Source: Phoronis australis
Taxonomy: Eukaryota > Animalia > Phoronida
NCBI GenBank assembly: GCA_002633005.1
Contig: NMRA01000092.1
Location: forward strand, 547,219 to 611,218
Reading direction: 5' to 3'
DNA: 64,000 bases
A model generated the notes under the pieces. That model did no database searches. It was not told the origin of the DNA and saw only the letters and a program-made list of their open reading frames with translations. Below, piece by piece: positions 14,355 to 27,855 of this stretch. The position numbers were made by a program, and so were the translations under genes. Each line of letters starts with the position of its first letter. The stretch's first letter is position 1.

Positions 14355-14831
14355 GGTTATTTATAGAAAACTAGCTTTTATCTCAGTAAAAGATATTGTT
14401 TTCTAAAATTAGAAAGCTTGCTGAATTTGAATTTGATTTCAGATTTATTACCTATCTGCCATTAATTGGGTCACGTGACCGTGTGCTTTTTGAAAAATTT
14501 AGCTAAAAAGGAACATTTATAACAAAGCAATGGTATCAGTAACAGGAGCAAATTCTGTTAAATATCAAAGTTCAAAGTGAAATCTTGAAAATGCTGTTTC
14601 AGTTTTCTTAATTATCATTTTGCGTTATAATTTGTGTTTTTTTCAAGAAAATCCTATTTTTAATAACCCTGCATAGAAAAGCAGAACATTTTAAAAACAA
14701 TTTCTGACGAGGTTTTTGAGAATAGTGCATAAATCATAGTATCTGTAAGTTTCACGTTAATCTGATCGGCTATTTTTGAGATCGGTATGTCCTGAAGTTA
14801 AACAAATTTGGCATTTTTGCATAACGTAACC
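14355..14831 (-). mobile_element. Kolobok-like MITE family K1, diverged copy
   Basis: ttaa|ggttat start; shares ttgggtcacgtgacc, gcataaatcatagtatctg and aaatttgg blocks with other K1 copies. Confidence 0.6.
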
Positions 14832-17799
14832 TAGTTAAGGGGACATTACCAGTTTTATGTCGGAAAAAAACACATTTCTACTATACAATGATTGACGTAG
14901 AGCTCATTGACCAAGTATGAAAGTCAATAATTGTTTTTGCTGATGTTTATTACATGATTACGCCCACTAGGTAACTCTTGGAAGGAGTCTTTATGTTTAG
15001 GCTTTCGATCATGTGTTGACCAGTGATGCGTTGAATGAGTTGCCAGTTTTTTTACCCCAAATATGGAAACATTTTGCAAGTGACGTGTATGGAAAGTCTG
15101 TGAACTTAGCCTTTGACGACGACACACCTTTTGTACAATATTAGTGTAATGGTGAGTAATGCGATGCCTTGATGCAGGTTTGCATTCATTCCCTAGTTAA
15201 TATTTTACAACAAACATGACATCTGAATCCAGATAACATAAAAGACTGAATGTTAATCTTGTTATTGGTAATAAAACCTTCAATTTTAGATATACATGGT
15301 GGTCTAAAAGCACTCCTCAGTTCGTCCTAAATTAGCTTGTTTTGACTGAAGTGGCATTAGTTTGTGTTTGTTACACAGTTTTCCCAAAAGACTCCCATTT
15401 TATATTTCACTTTAAATTTGTACGTTACAACATTTTCACATCTTTTTCAGTTGTTTTAGATTGCAGGTCTGTGAGATTCCTTTGATACCAACATCGTTGA
15501 AATAATACACAGTGGGGTATAACGAGCGTGGAGGTCTACTCTTCCACAAAACCAGTGCATCTGTTACACCAACAATGCACTAGCGAGACTTTGCTGGGAC
15601 AATGGCTACCAATAAGAGGGACAATTGAACTTCTGCTTGTTAGTTTTTGAAGACTTGGGTAGGGTAGCAAATATTGTGCTAATGAAAGCCGCAATCATAA
15701 TTATTGACCATAGCCAGTAGTCCGTTGTGGGACAGGCTTAAGAAGTTGGCATTTCGATCAGTAACGACTGTCCTACAGATGGACCTTAAGGTGTTGCTAA
15801 CAAAATACAAATTTTTCAATGGTAGACTAATCATAATGAGGTTGAACAACTAGTACTTTGTCAGGACATCTGTGTCGGGAGATTGAAAACAACCCTGGCT
15901 AATGTTGGATGTGAAAAAGGGCCTCCATGAACCTATCAACCATCCCTAGAGGGAGGGGAGAGTTCCGGCTCACTGAGGTCGACTCCAATATCTGTGACCT
16001 TCAGTGGTATTTGCTACATTTCCAGTTTCCCGTGATTTTGTCACCAAACATTCAATTGACCCATCAACTACACTGTTCTTGCCAAAATCTCACTTGAATC
16101 ATTTGTGTCCTAAGGTTGAATTTTTGTGGATTCCGAAAAGTTTTTATCCATTGCTGCTTCGAATATGGTCCAATTCGATATGTGTCAAAAGAATCTCCTA
16201 GGCCTGCAGTCTACACCACCTAGAAAATATACAAGAAAATGGTATGAAAAGTACTTTTCTGAAATTAGCCTCGGGATGTAATCAACTTGAAACCTCCAGC
16301 AGTTGTAATCCTTATGCTTTAGCAGCAGGGCCTCTAACTCAACCTGCTAAATGGTGGAGTATTGTAAGGGTATTGAACTGATAAAGGCGCCTGCCTTAAT
16401 TTCATCAAATGTCTGGCTGACAACCTTGAGAAGTAGTGATTTGTAATAGAATCACAAAACACTGTGGATTTCAGCTCTGATCAAAGCTGATAACTTCAAG
16501 GGGCCTATCCCATCCAATAATAATACTCAAAACACATTTTTGGTCATAAAACTGATAATCTCCCTTCGATGCTGCTATAAACATGCCTTCAGTCAAAAAA
16601 CTGTTGCTTGATTAAGACCACTGATCATCAAAAATTGATCTTAAATTGTTTTCGTCCAGATTGGAAGTCATTTCTGGGGTTTGGAAGGGCCGAGTTCACT
16701 AATTGGCCCGAGAACAAGCTCAAGACATTGGCTTGACTTGACAGGCCATTTGTTACCTCATACATAAATATTTGACTTGTCAGTATTCACCAGTTTTAAA
16801 GGGCTATTTTGTTTAACTCAAAAATTGATCACTTCCAGCAGTTGACCATATCATAATAAATTTCAGATTTTCATGAAATTGGACTTAGCTTCATGACATG
16901 CACATTATGTTTAGATTAACAACAATACAGGGACATAACTGAATTTCATTAACTACATGCTGTGGCTTATGTTGATTAAAGAAACACTTAAGTCAACTAC
17001 TGCCTTCCTAAAATGATATTGTGATAACCCTCTGACTGCGATGAATTAGATTATTTTTCCAGTTACCAAGGTGGTTTTGTCATCAAGATTACTTTCTAGA
17101 CTAATTAAATTTCTTAAACATAATTTTTTTTTTCTTCGCCATGAGTTACTTCAATTTCTAAAGTTGCGGTTGTTTAACTTGTTTAACTTCCAAAACCTGT
17201 CGTTTCACTGTCTACAGTGCTGGATGACAAGTGAAGTGCCCTGACCTGTGGACAGGTATAGTCTAGCAATAACCAAGAAGTCAGTTTGTTTGCTCGTGTC
17301 ACTTGTCTTGAACTACTACTGCCTTAAAAATACCTCTGTTTTTATATTTACGGTAGGCACTTAAATCCCATTCTAGATGTTGCTGTGGTGTAAATGACAT
17401 ACGTTTTAATAACATGTTTCTTAGTGTTGGTGTTCCTTCAAGTCAAATATGATTAATAATGATAGTAATAAGAACAATAAAACGACAACAACAATAACAA
17501 TAGCATTAAGTACAACCTGACAAAGCTGAATCATTCATTTGTGAAATTGCATAACTCTTTTTCTCCATTATCACCTTTTCTATGAATGAATGCTTTTAAT
17601 TCATACATTTCCTAGCTGCTTAGTCGCCGATGTTGAATTCTAGTAACTGGAAGCACTTTGGGGTTTAGAAACTTTACGAGGCTGATCCAGCTTTGAGTTG
17701 TTACAAAATGAGCCAGTGACTAATTCAAGCAATGCATACCATTTCTTGTTTGCAATTTTAGGGTAATGGCCAACCGCATTTAAACTCTGAAGCCTTTTC

Positions 17800-18320
17800 T
17801 TGAAGTTACGTAGGACTAGTCTGTATTTAGCCAAATATTTAAAGAATATGATACACATTTTTACTCGGTATAGGTATGCTTACTGAAAGTAGAACGCCTG
17901 TAGGTGTTTCACTTTATATAACATTCTGCTATTAATTGGGTTGTGTGACCATGTATTTTAGTAAAATTTAGCATTAAGATACATATTAGATAGCAAAAAA
18001 CAATGGTATCAATTACATGACCAAATTTCATTTGATATAAATGTTCAAAAATGTCTCAAAAATGTTGTTACATTAATTTGTCTAAATTATCTTTTTGTTT
18101 TATGTTTGTTTTGATTTTTTTCATAAATAAATGAATTAAGTTGTATTTTTATAGCTCCTCATGCAAAATTGAAACATTGAAAAAAACAATTTGTAAGGTG
18201 GCTATGGAGAACAGTTCAGTAAAGTATGCTGCCCCAAAGTTTCATGTGAAGCCTTATTGGGCACATGTCTGAGATATGTTCCCAAGTTAGCCAGATTTGG
18301 ACATTTTTGTGTCCCTAATG
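17800..18320 (-). mobile_element. Kolobok-like MITE family K1, diverged copy
   Basis: Shared blocks ctgaaagtagaa, ttgggttgtgtgaccatg, ctcatgcaaaattg, agatttggacattttt; termini eroded, boundaries approximate. Confidence 0.55.
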
Positions 18321-18590
18321 GTTTGACGTCTTGTTGCTAAAGGAAAAAGAATCTTATCGGGGAAAGGACTATTATGAGACCTATGTTTTGAAAGTAAACT
18401 GATTTATTCGATTTTTGAGCTGAACTGACAACGAGCAGCTGAAATTAAGATTGGAACTAATATTAGTCATGAATAAAACTGTTTATGAATCTATAGATCA
18501 ACAAATCTATTACTTATTTTTCAAGCACGTGCACTCTGGCAAACTAATGAAAATTGATCTGAAACAACAGACATATTGTTTACTTAATTT

Positions 18591-18917
18591 CCAACTTGTA
18601 TGAAAATACGCAAAATAAACTGGACAGTGTTGAAGTTTCAGCACACAAACCTGCTACTAACTATCCACTTATTTTTGTCTATAATCCATTTCAATACTGG
18701 CTAAAGCTAAACAAAATTTTGTTAATTGGAATCGTAGCAACTTACTGGGCAGGTAAATTCTGAGAAAAGTGTGACAGAAACACTGTTTTATTGCGACTTA
18801 AGTTCAACTTAACTGACAAATATTACTTGTAGTCAGATGTTAATCCAAACTAGGTAAAGTTCTGTTGACGCCTGCCCAGTTTATTTTGACAACTATTGTA
18901 TTTTCCATAAAAATTGG
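18591..18917. mobile_element. Old foldback MITE
   Basis: caaaataaactggacag pairs with ctgcccagtttattttg (16/17); outer ccaacttgtatgaaaatac pairs with gtattttccataaaaattgg. Confidence 0.5.
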
Positions 18918-19119
18918 GGACGTGCCCTCAGTTTCAAAACAAATGAGTTTTTGCTCATTATGAAAAAGTTAATGTACAGTATATATAAACATGGCTCTAA
19001 AATTATCTAAACTTATTCATGAGAAAAGTGTACGTGGCTCAAATCAAAAGATGGTGAAAATTTCACCATTTTTCTGATGAGTTACCGGGAAATGCACCAT
19101 CAATATAGAACAAATTTAA

Positions 19120-19882
19120 AGGCGCTTTCTGTCAAAAACAACTTTGTTTAGGCCACTTATCATGAAAACTTGGTACGTCTTTTAGATTAAAATTGATTTC
19201 AAGAACAGACAGCGGCAACTAAAATTATGAAAAAGTTTCTGCTTGGAAGGTCTGGACAGACCCTTGCAATTTGAGGATTGCAAGAGTTTGTGCAGCTGTT
19301 GCTGTTTGTGTGTTAGTGACCCAACATATAATTAAATGGAGGAGCAGGTCAATGATGGATTGGGTAGCATTCTATTTACTGGCTTTATCCCCAGCCATGG
19401 AGCCTTCGGGAGTACACTGCCTTCGTCCTTGCTATAAGAAAGCGCGTGACCTAGTTTTGGAAATCAGGCACATTTCCGTGTCTCTCATTGATGTTGGAAA
19501 GGCAAAGAATTTCAGATCACGCATCTTCAGGTATTTATTCATTTTATCAAGCTTTTTCATGTCGGAATTGCAGCCCACAGCACAGCAGTAATACTTTGTT
19601 GGCATTGGAAGGACAAATTGAGTGATGCAACTGAAAAACTTGTTAGGAATCAGACAACAACATGTAACATGTGAAACTCCAGTGGCGTCAAAATGAGGCT
19701 GCAAATGTGCCTGACGGATGTTTACAGTATTGTGGGAAAATACAGCGAGAGTCCAAACGTGACTGTATAATCTGGGGCGGGCCTATTGATTTTCTATTAT
19801 CATGGAGGCATTTGCGACATATTTTATATGGCTAAGTATCCTGGATTATGATTAATGATTTAGATGGCAAGAAAATGCCCCT
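19120..19882 (-). mobile_element. Kolobok-like internally deleted transposon carrying a THAP remnant
   Basis: TTAA|aggcgctttctg ... aagaaaatgcccct|TTAA (imperfect TIR, AGG...CCT termini, TTAA TSD) enclosing a THAP-like ORF fragment. Confidence 0.6.
19432..19605 (-). pseudogene. Truncated THAP zinc-finger domain (transposase N-terminus remnant)
   Basis: MPTKYYCCAVGCNS...LKFFAFPT matches the THAP N-terminal signature MP-x-C-x(2-4)-GC...FF-x-FP; the conserved Trp and CxxH half are missing before the stop. Confidence 0.7.
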
Positions 19883-20239
19883 TTAAATTTCAGAGTAATT
19901 TGTTTGCAAAAATTGATAAAGTGATGTTTAAAAACATGATTTTCTTCATTTTTGCTACCGTAGGTAAAAACTGCTGTGTCTCTGAACCATGTCTGTCTAA
20001 TTACATTTTTTCTGGCTTGAACTGTGATTCACATTCTGATGGTGCTCAAGCCGTTTGATACCTTTCACAGATGTAAGCTTTTAATTTATTTTACCTAAGC
20101 TTTGAGTTAAAATGCCAAAACATGGCAAATGTTATAATTAGACTCTAGGGTGCCCTTATATATTGTCAGTAGTATGGGAGCACATCCCTACTTTGGTGTG
20201 GAGATTGTGCAATAGTGATGCTTAATTGATACAGTAAAC

Positions 20240-20400
20240 AGTTGGTCAACTGTTGGAAACATTGCCTCACTTTACGAACAGCTGCCTCACTGACTTTCAA
20301 AGCACCCACTTCCCTTCAGCATTCTCAGTGCACCATATTTCAGCATGTCGTGGCAATGCCCCACTTCATTAAATCACGATAGTAATCGCTCTCTTCTTTC
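20240..20400 (-). pseudogene. Possible Tc1/mariner transposase N-terminal (HTH) remnant
   Basis: Minus translation with one frameshift: MLKYGALRMLKGSG/KVSEAAVRKVRQCFQQ, resembling the ETG...SGRP.VS...V..VR..F pattern. Confidence 0.25.
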
Positions 20401-22344
20401 ACTATTTAACCTGATTTGTACTTGTAGACATAAAAACTTGCTCATTTTTTAACTTTCAGTCTTCGCACTATACAATCTATCAATGATGCTCCGTATAGCT
20501 GGTGTTGTGATGTAAAGGTCTATGCCATTATTTTGCCCGTTTTGTGTATTCAAAGACATTGCTCAATGTGTGTTCCATTTCCATATAGTCTTGATACTTC
20601 ACCATTATTTTCAACCGAACCTATTCTCGAGACGTCTGGTCATCAGTGTCTGGATGAAATGGGCTCAAGAGGGGCAGTAATGGGCAACTTCAACCAAAAA
20701 CATGCCTGGAATAAGGTATCATCGACAGGTTCTTATTCAGATTGTACCACACTTTGTCAATTCCTTGTTGGTCTCCCTGTTTTTGAGATAGCACTGAGAA
20801 TCACCATGGTTTGGCCAGGCCCTATCATGATATGCCTGGTTTTCTGACACAATATCACACCACTGATTGCTATTCTTTCACTCTTTTACCTGAATTTAGT
20901 TAAAAAAATGGAAACACTTGTGCAGACCTATTTTTCATTTTTGTTTAAATTTTCACAATGCTGATTTCCTAATGAGTCGTGTCATTTTTATCATGCATGA
21001 AAGTCTCATTTACTTGCCACTAACATTGACTGTTGTGATAAGTTTGCTAATTCAAGCTCCTTTCCAACACCAGCTGTGATATCTCGGACATTTCTGTATG
21101 TTTGCACATTACCTATCCTGAAATTTTCGAAAAAGTCTGTGTAACATTAGGTCACATTAACTTTACAAGCACACACCTGTGTTTAACCTTTATATCGACT
21201 GTATTCAGTAATTAGTCTCTTGTTGTTCCCTGCTTGCCGACTGTTGACATCATCCTTGACAAGATTGTTTAATATGTGTCCTCTATATTAGATTCCCTGC
21301 AAGGTTCGCTTGACCTCCTTCTCATCAGCTGTAAACAAATGGGAAGAAAATTACAATTCAGAACTGCTTGAACCGGTCATTAAAGTTAATCCGAGCATTT
21401 ATTCCAGGCATTTTGCATTAAGTTTTCCCTGTGTGTAATGGCTCAGTAAATATTTGGACGAGTTATGACGCAGCAAGTGTCTTCATAACTTACCCAGCTT
21501 GCATGGTTTTCAGCATATATTGTGAAGTTAAAAGATAAAGTGATAACATAAAGATATAGCTGCATTAAGGTTATAATCGCTATTTTTAAACTTCTTACTT
21601 GTTTCATTTTCAGCAATTATGGCTGCCCAATTAATATTGTTGGCGAACACTAGTAGTCAAGTTTTGAGATTATGCTTTGTTCTACTGATCGCATTTTTCT
21701 TGAGGGTCACACATTTGTCCTGTGGGAACATTGAGAACATGAGTTTATCAATTAATTGAATTGATACAAAGTAGTTGGAAAATTAGTGATATTAAAGGAG
21801 TATCTTATTAATTGCTGTGTTGGTACAGGAAAGCTCAAGTTCAGCAGGATGCACACCCACGCTCGTGACACCTGAAGTTTCTCACTTGATTGCCCTGGCC
21901 ACCAAACAACAAGCGTACAGTATTTTCCAAGAATTATTTTATTAATTAATGGTTGACTCTAACTGCTGGGGAGCAAGTTGAGTTTCATCAGAACGACACT
22001 CTTGTTTTAACTGGTGTTGTGCCAGCTGGCAGTAATTATAATATTTGAAACGAGTTGATTCTTTGAATTTTACTTTTTGTATCCCGTGCTCAGTAGGTTA
22101 GCAGATGGTAAAATAGTAGGAAGAGTTGCCTTCTAGATAAAAATGTCGTCATACACGATGTAGTTGTTGAAAGTGATTTATTTCCAATTTAGGCTTACTA
22201 TACTGCCGCAAATGCTCTTTTTTACCAAATGTTGTTTGACAACAGGTGTACCAGAATACCACGCAACAATCGGGGAAAACATTTCGTGTCATTAGACTTA
22301 AGGACATTTTTGTCCTAAATCGAAATAATAAAAACAGTAATTTT

Positions 22345-22570
22345 ACACTTATTCTGCACAAAAATAATTGCCCGAAATTGTCATTTTCCAGTTTTCAAAG
22401 TCTGATTACTTTACTGGGAATTATGGAAAATTTAGCATAAGTTATTTTATGACACCTGCGCAATACAACCAATTGACTAAAACTTTCTCCATCTCTATTT
22501 TTTTGAAGACATTTGACAAAACAGAATTTCAGTTGCCGGCCATATTGTGTACCATGACATCCTCAGACAG
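22345..22570 (+). repeat. Dispersed repeat R2, copy 2
   Basis: Collinear with 3062-3310 (tggaaaattta, agttattttatgaca, attgtgtac). Confidence 0.7.
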
Positions 22571-25500
22571 AATTTTTATTCCACCTGTTATGTCATCTAT
22601 GCCTGACACAACCACTGGGTTCCTTCCTGATGTAGCTACCAGCTCAAGTATTTGCAGTCTAATTTGAAACATATGGTGGTATTCATAAGCTTTGAGTAGT
22701 GTCACCATACTGAAGTTAAAATGGCCAGATATTGATAGTACTGAAGCAAACGTCCCCGTCAGTTACGACTAGGTAAAAAAATTCCAGCGAAATTCAAGCC
22801 ACATTTGAATTTTCTTCTTTTTTTATGATTGAGACATCGGCGATTTCACCGTTCATTATGTTTCTTAACTATAAAACATTGCTTTTTGTGCCAAGCAGTT
22901 GAAAACTGGTCGCTGGCACAGTTTCATGAGTCTAATACTAAGACTATAAAATGGAGATGAATGATTGTTTACCTCTTGCAGGTTCTCTATAAAATAAAGC
23001 TCCCAAAGCCATGTTGCCCAACATTCCCGCAAAAGAACGCTCAAAGGGTGATTTACAAGAAGCACAGATTGTTTAGGTTTCTGATTGCAGTAAATTAATT
23101 ACCAAATCAGTTCATTTCGTACCACTGAGTCTACGATGTTTCTGGTGATGTTTTGCAAAGTATAACCGAGATCTTTTTAAGAAATTAATGGTCTATAAGG
23201 AAAACAGCAGTGGGTGCTTTGGCATTAATCAATGTCATGTTTACAATATATACACACATGTCTGAAGTTAAAACATCACCATGTGAAACAAACACACCAT
23301 TAAAGTACAGAATGAACAAGGAATGCCTCAATAGGTGAGTGGGTGTGTCACGGCCAGGGTTTTACCTTTGTAGATGTATTGCTAAACTTCTCCAGTTTGG
23401 GACAGTGGAAAATTTATTGTAAGTTTTGCTCTGTGGGAGAGCTTTTATCAAATTTTAGAAATGGGCAAATCTTGGCAGTCCCTTTTCAGACTTTGTTGAT
23501 GCAAAACGCAGTCTGCTTGATACTTGGGAAGTATGAAAAACACCAAAATCACCCATGCTCCAATTTTCAAAATTAGGAAAATTCAATTTTGGTTTAATTT
23601 CAAGTATTCCAAATTTTAGGAACGGTCCTAAACCTGAAGAATTTTTACCGTATTGTTATTATTCGCAGAGAGGATTAGACTTTCGGTTCAAGAATGCTTA
23701 GAGTATGGGGTCTAGTCAATTCATAATATGGGTGCCTTTGCTGTTGAAACCAATGCCACGGTGGGTGGTAGAGGTATGTCGAACAGAACCCCTATTGTCC
23801 TTAGGTTTTGTGTTCTTCAATGCCTTGTCTGAGTGGGCAGACAGTCACACGCTATAAAATGCAGTCAAAGGAATCAATTCTGAACACTATATTATTTTTG
23901 TTCTTGACTCTAATACTTTGGGTGCAGGTGATGGTAAGGTTTGCATTGTTCTGCTGCCAGGCCAGTGCTGTATATTAGTGTATGCCACTCAAAGGTAGGG
24001 GTGTGCCCTAAAATTGGAATTGTCACACTAAAATTGTACCCTTGTTACAAAACGTGCTCCAATTTGTACACTGCAAAACCCTACAAAAATGTTTACCCCA
24101 GTATTCATACCTTTATATCACTGATGTACTTTGTCACATTTATCACACAGTTATCACGTGGGTCCCAAAAACACTTAGATACAACTCAAAAAGCACATTA
24201 CCAAATGTACAAAAACTTTAACTTATGGAAAGTACCGTATACTGAATGACAATAATATTACAGTGAGGTCTTATTGTTGTACAAACCGGTGTAAACTAAT
24301 GGTAAGCTCGGAGTAGATATGTGCAAAAAGGAGGTAAAAGCTCTGTTTCAACTGTAAATTAGTTTTTAAAACACAAAAAATTAAAACGTGTGCTTAAAGT
24401 TTTGGACGTCATTATCAATTAGTTACACCAGCACTCAACAATTCTCATTAATATATTGACCTGAAATTATGGAACAACTATTGATAAACTATCACAGTCC
24501 ATAGTAAATACACAAGAAGACAGCACCTACCAATCCTAGCAGTGAAAATAACAGAACATCATCCATGATTTTCAAAATGGGGAAAATCACGGTTACATTG
24601 AGCGCTATTTTGGTATCAAAACTATTACCATAACAAAATACCATGTGACATCGTTTCACACGCTAGCGAGTATCAAATGTTTTGATTTAATTTTAAATTT
24701 GTTACAAAGAATCTAGTTGTGAAATTAGGCTAATTGACACTTTTCTTTGGTATGGTCATATTGTGGTTGAAATCAAGAGCTCTTAGTGTTATTTTTGTCT
24801 ACGTAAAACACCGTCATTCTTCTTTTATCTTCCTTTAAAGTTGCCCATTTTGGCCCGCTGATTGCCATGGTCAACATAACTTTAATTTGCTTCTCATGCA
24901 TTTTCAATACAACTAGATGTGATTTCACGGACAAACTCTACTTACTTTAAAGATGTTCTCTTGTTGGCAACTGCTTTAACACTGTTATCTGGAGACCACC
25001 TTAGACAACAAAAATCCATTTTCCCAATACTATATAGGAGTCCTTCAAGCCAGTGCATTCAAAACAGCTCAATTTCATTATGTAACACCACATTAACGAC
25101 TTTTCTGTGTTGTTGGATATGTTTGAGTAACAATTCCAGCTTCGCCTGGCCTTTTCTGTCAATAAAACTGACATAAAATGCTGCAAAAATCACCATCAAG
25201 GCATCACATTAGTGACAGTCTAAGACCCACTGAATCAGGGTCGTTATGTGCCATTCCCTGGACTGTTAAACCAAAAAATTTCTAACATGATCTGATCTAG
25301 TATCATGTTTGATAAACTTGACAAACAAATGAGCCCAATTGTGTTGGTACACAATGCTGTGGTAGAAAAGGGAGTGGGAGCCAATACCAGCCATACAAAG
25401 GAATGAGCAGGTGAAAGTTAAGCCTAATTTCTCTGTAACTCAACCGTTTTTCTCCATTCAAAGTTTTTTAGTGATAGTATTTTATACAAAACACATCTTC

Positions 25501-26649
25501 GTCACGACATAGTGATAGTATTTTATACAAAACGCATCTGTCTCATTTGTTCAGCGTCGTCTAGAAATAGTATTTTTAAGTATTGATTAGTGTCAGGTGC
25601 CTGTTTACAATATAATTGTTGGATTACGTTTGAGCTTATGAAATGAACGTAGACAATGAGAGACATGCTATAAACATTCCCACTAAATAAGATTGGTCCT
25701 AACCCCGCTTGTCAAGGTAAACGGTGGGGTTTGGAAAATTGAACTAAACCGTATTTATCCACCTTGGCTGAGTCGCACTCGGCTCAGGATCAAAGGGATG
25801 CCGCCAAGCTGCTCTATTCATCGAGTCACCAGCGAGGATAATTGGCTTCGCTCATGCGGATATCATCAGCTGATTACAATCTAGCTAGCAGACTGTACTT
25901 TGTATGGGGAGAGTTTTACGTAGTTTTTACTGTAATATTTGAAAAGAGGAGAGAAAACAAATATGAGTACAACTTTGAATTTTTCAAATCGGCCCAGGAT
26001 AAGAGATTTTGCAACACAGCAATACTCACGATTACTTTCATTTGGCGCGAACGAAAACAAAAATATAGGACCCGAGTTATTTAGATTTGGAACACATGTA
26101 TTGCAATATTCAAAATACGTTTATTATGAATCTTACAAGCTGTAAAACGACGTTGTTTAATTTCATTGTGCTCATTCATTGTCATTTGTCAAATCGGCAA
26201 TTTCCGAGATGTGATCTGCGGCGTGCGCGTATGTGTACAAAACACGTGATGAAATTAAGAAACTTTAGCATGCCGTTATTATTGACAGGGACACGATAAA
26301 ACGAATTTGGATTTTGACTATAGTCTTGATACAGCGAGCTGGCTGACCACTGCGTCAGTGTCTCCGTGAGACCCAGAAATTTCACACAGCCCGTGTAGTT
26401 CACCTCGTCACCTCGTCCCCAACATGTAGATCAAGCCTTGGACTATTAATACTCAACGGTAGAGCTAACGACCATCGGCCTGTGCACACAAAATCTGTGA
26501 GTTACGTAACCAGCACTCACCTTGCACGTTGCAGCCGTTTAAGTGAAAAACAATCTAGTAAACGCCATTTTCTTGCATAATCCTCCGCCTTTTGTAACAA
26601 AAAAGCCTGTCGTCGATGACCCGCACACGCACGCTCACTCACTCTCATA

Positions 26650-27096
26650 CGCAGACGACCTTCAAAACAAACGTCACGTGACAACAACATGTGTGTTCAT
26701 CCAGAGATTTTTCTCGTGTTGTGGGTTACGATGTAGCACAGATTTGGACTTAATCGCAATTAATCTGGACTCCACATGAAGATTTCTGGTAATTTGTTGA
26801 GTCAAAACTATATTTTTATTCAAGAGTTCAAGTTTTCCCATTGACGATCAGTCGGCAAGTTTTCGCCCTGTGATGAGCACAATTTTTTGAAAAATTATCG
26901 TATCTAATTTAACAACAGAAGTTGATAGCAATGCACCACAATTTTGTAGAAAGACTGTCATAGGCTATAAATAGGTCAAAGAGCGTAAATTAGATGAATC
27001 CTAGCTTCCGATTTTACCCGTTTGGGAAACTGGGTTTCAACTGGCGTAGGCTACAATAAGCTCCCCTCCCCGTGAAATGAATTATTCTAAGCGTTT
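26650..27096 (+). mobile_element. 3' part of MITE family M1 (left palindrome arm)
   Basis: cttcaaaacaaacgtcacgtgacaac...ttctaagcg matches ~10620-11121; stops just short of the right TIR. Confidence 0.8.
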
Positions 27097-27364
27097 ATCA
27101 TGTCGTGAACACATCCACTAAAACAAGAAACTGTAGGAACACCGCATTTATCCACCTTCACTCTTATCAGGCTTCTATTGTGAGTCAGCATGCGTGAATA
27201 ATTGGCTGATAAGCCACCTCTGGAACTACTTTGGGCTGAATGGATGACCAGGCCATAAAATGATAATTAGCCAAGACCAGTTACTATAATGCAACAAAGA
27301 ACAAGTAATAATGTCTTGCATCACCTAGCCTTGGTGGAAAGCTGTATACTGTATTGGCTCAAAC

Positions 27365-27855
27365 AAACGCTTAGAAAAATTCATTTCACGGGGAGGGGAC
27401 GCTTATTGTAGTGAGCCTACGGCAGTTGAAACCCGGTTTCCCAAACGGGTAAAATCGGAAGCTAGGATTCATCAAATTTACGCTCTGTGACGTATTTGTA
27501 GCCTATGACAGCCTTTCTACAAAATTGTGGTGCATTGCTATCAACTTCCGTTGTTAAATTACGATAATTTTTCAAAAAATTGTGCTCATCACAGGGCGAA
27601 AACTTGCCGACTGATGCGTCGCTGAATCGCGATCGTCAATAGGAAAACTTGTACTCTTGAATAAAAATATAGTTTCGACTCAACAAATTACCTGAAATCT
27701 TCCTGATGTTTTACAATTTTTAAAGTTCCTGTGGAGTCCAGATTAATTGCGATTAAGTCCAAATGTGCGCTACATCGTACTCCACAACACGAGAAAAATC
27801 TCTGGATGAACACACATGTTGTTGTCACGTGACGTTTGTTTTGAAGGTCGTCTGC
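27365..27855 (-). mobile_element. 3' part of MITE family M1 (right palindrome arm)
   Basis: Reverse complement of the preceding fragment and of the 3' part of M1 copy 1. Confidence 0.8.

Noticed and set aside
19070-19105. Other CTGANGA occurrences as hammerheads (e.g. 19076, 21322, 25863, 35991)
   Set aside because: They lack a pairable stem II followed by GAAA and a UH site with stem I.
24946-25180. Selenoprotein exon because of a single in-frame TGA
   Set aside because: No recognisable selenoprotein motif or SECIS seen; one stop in ~78 codons is compatible with chance or decay.
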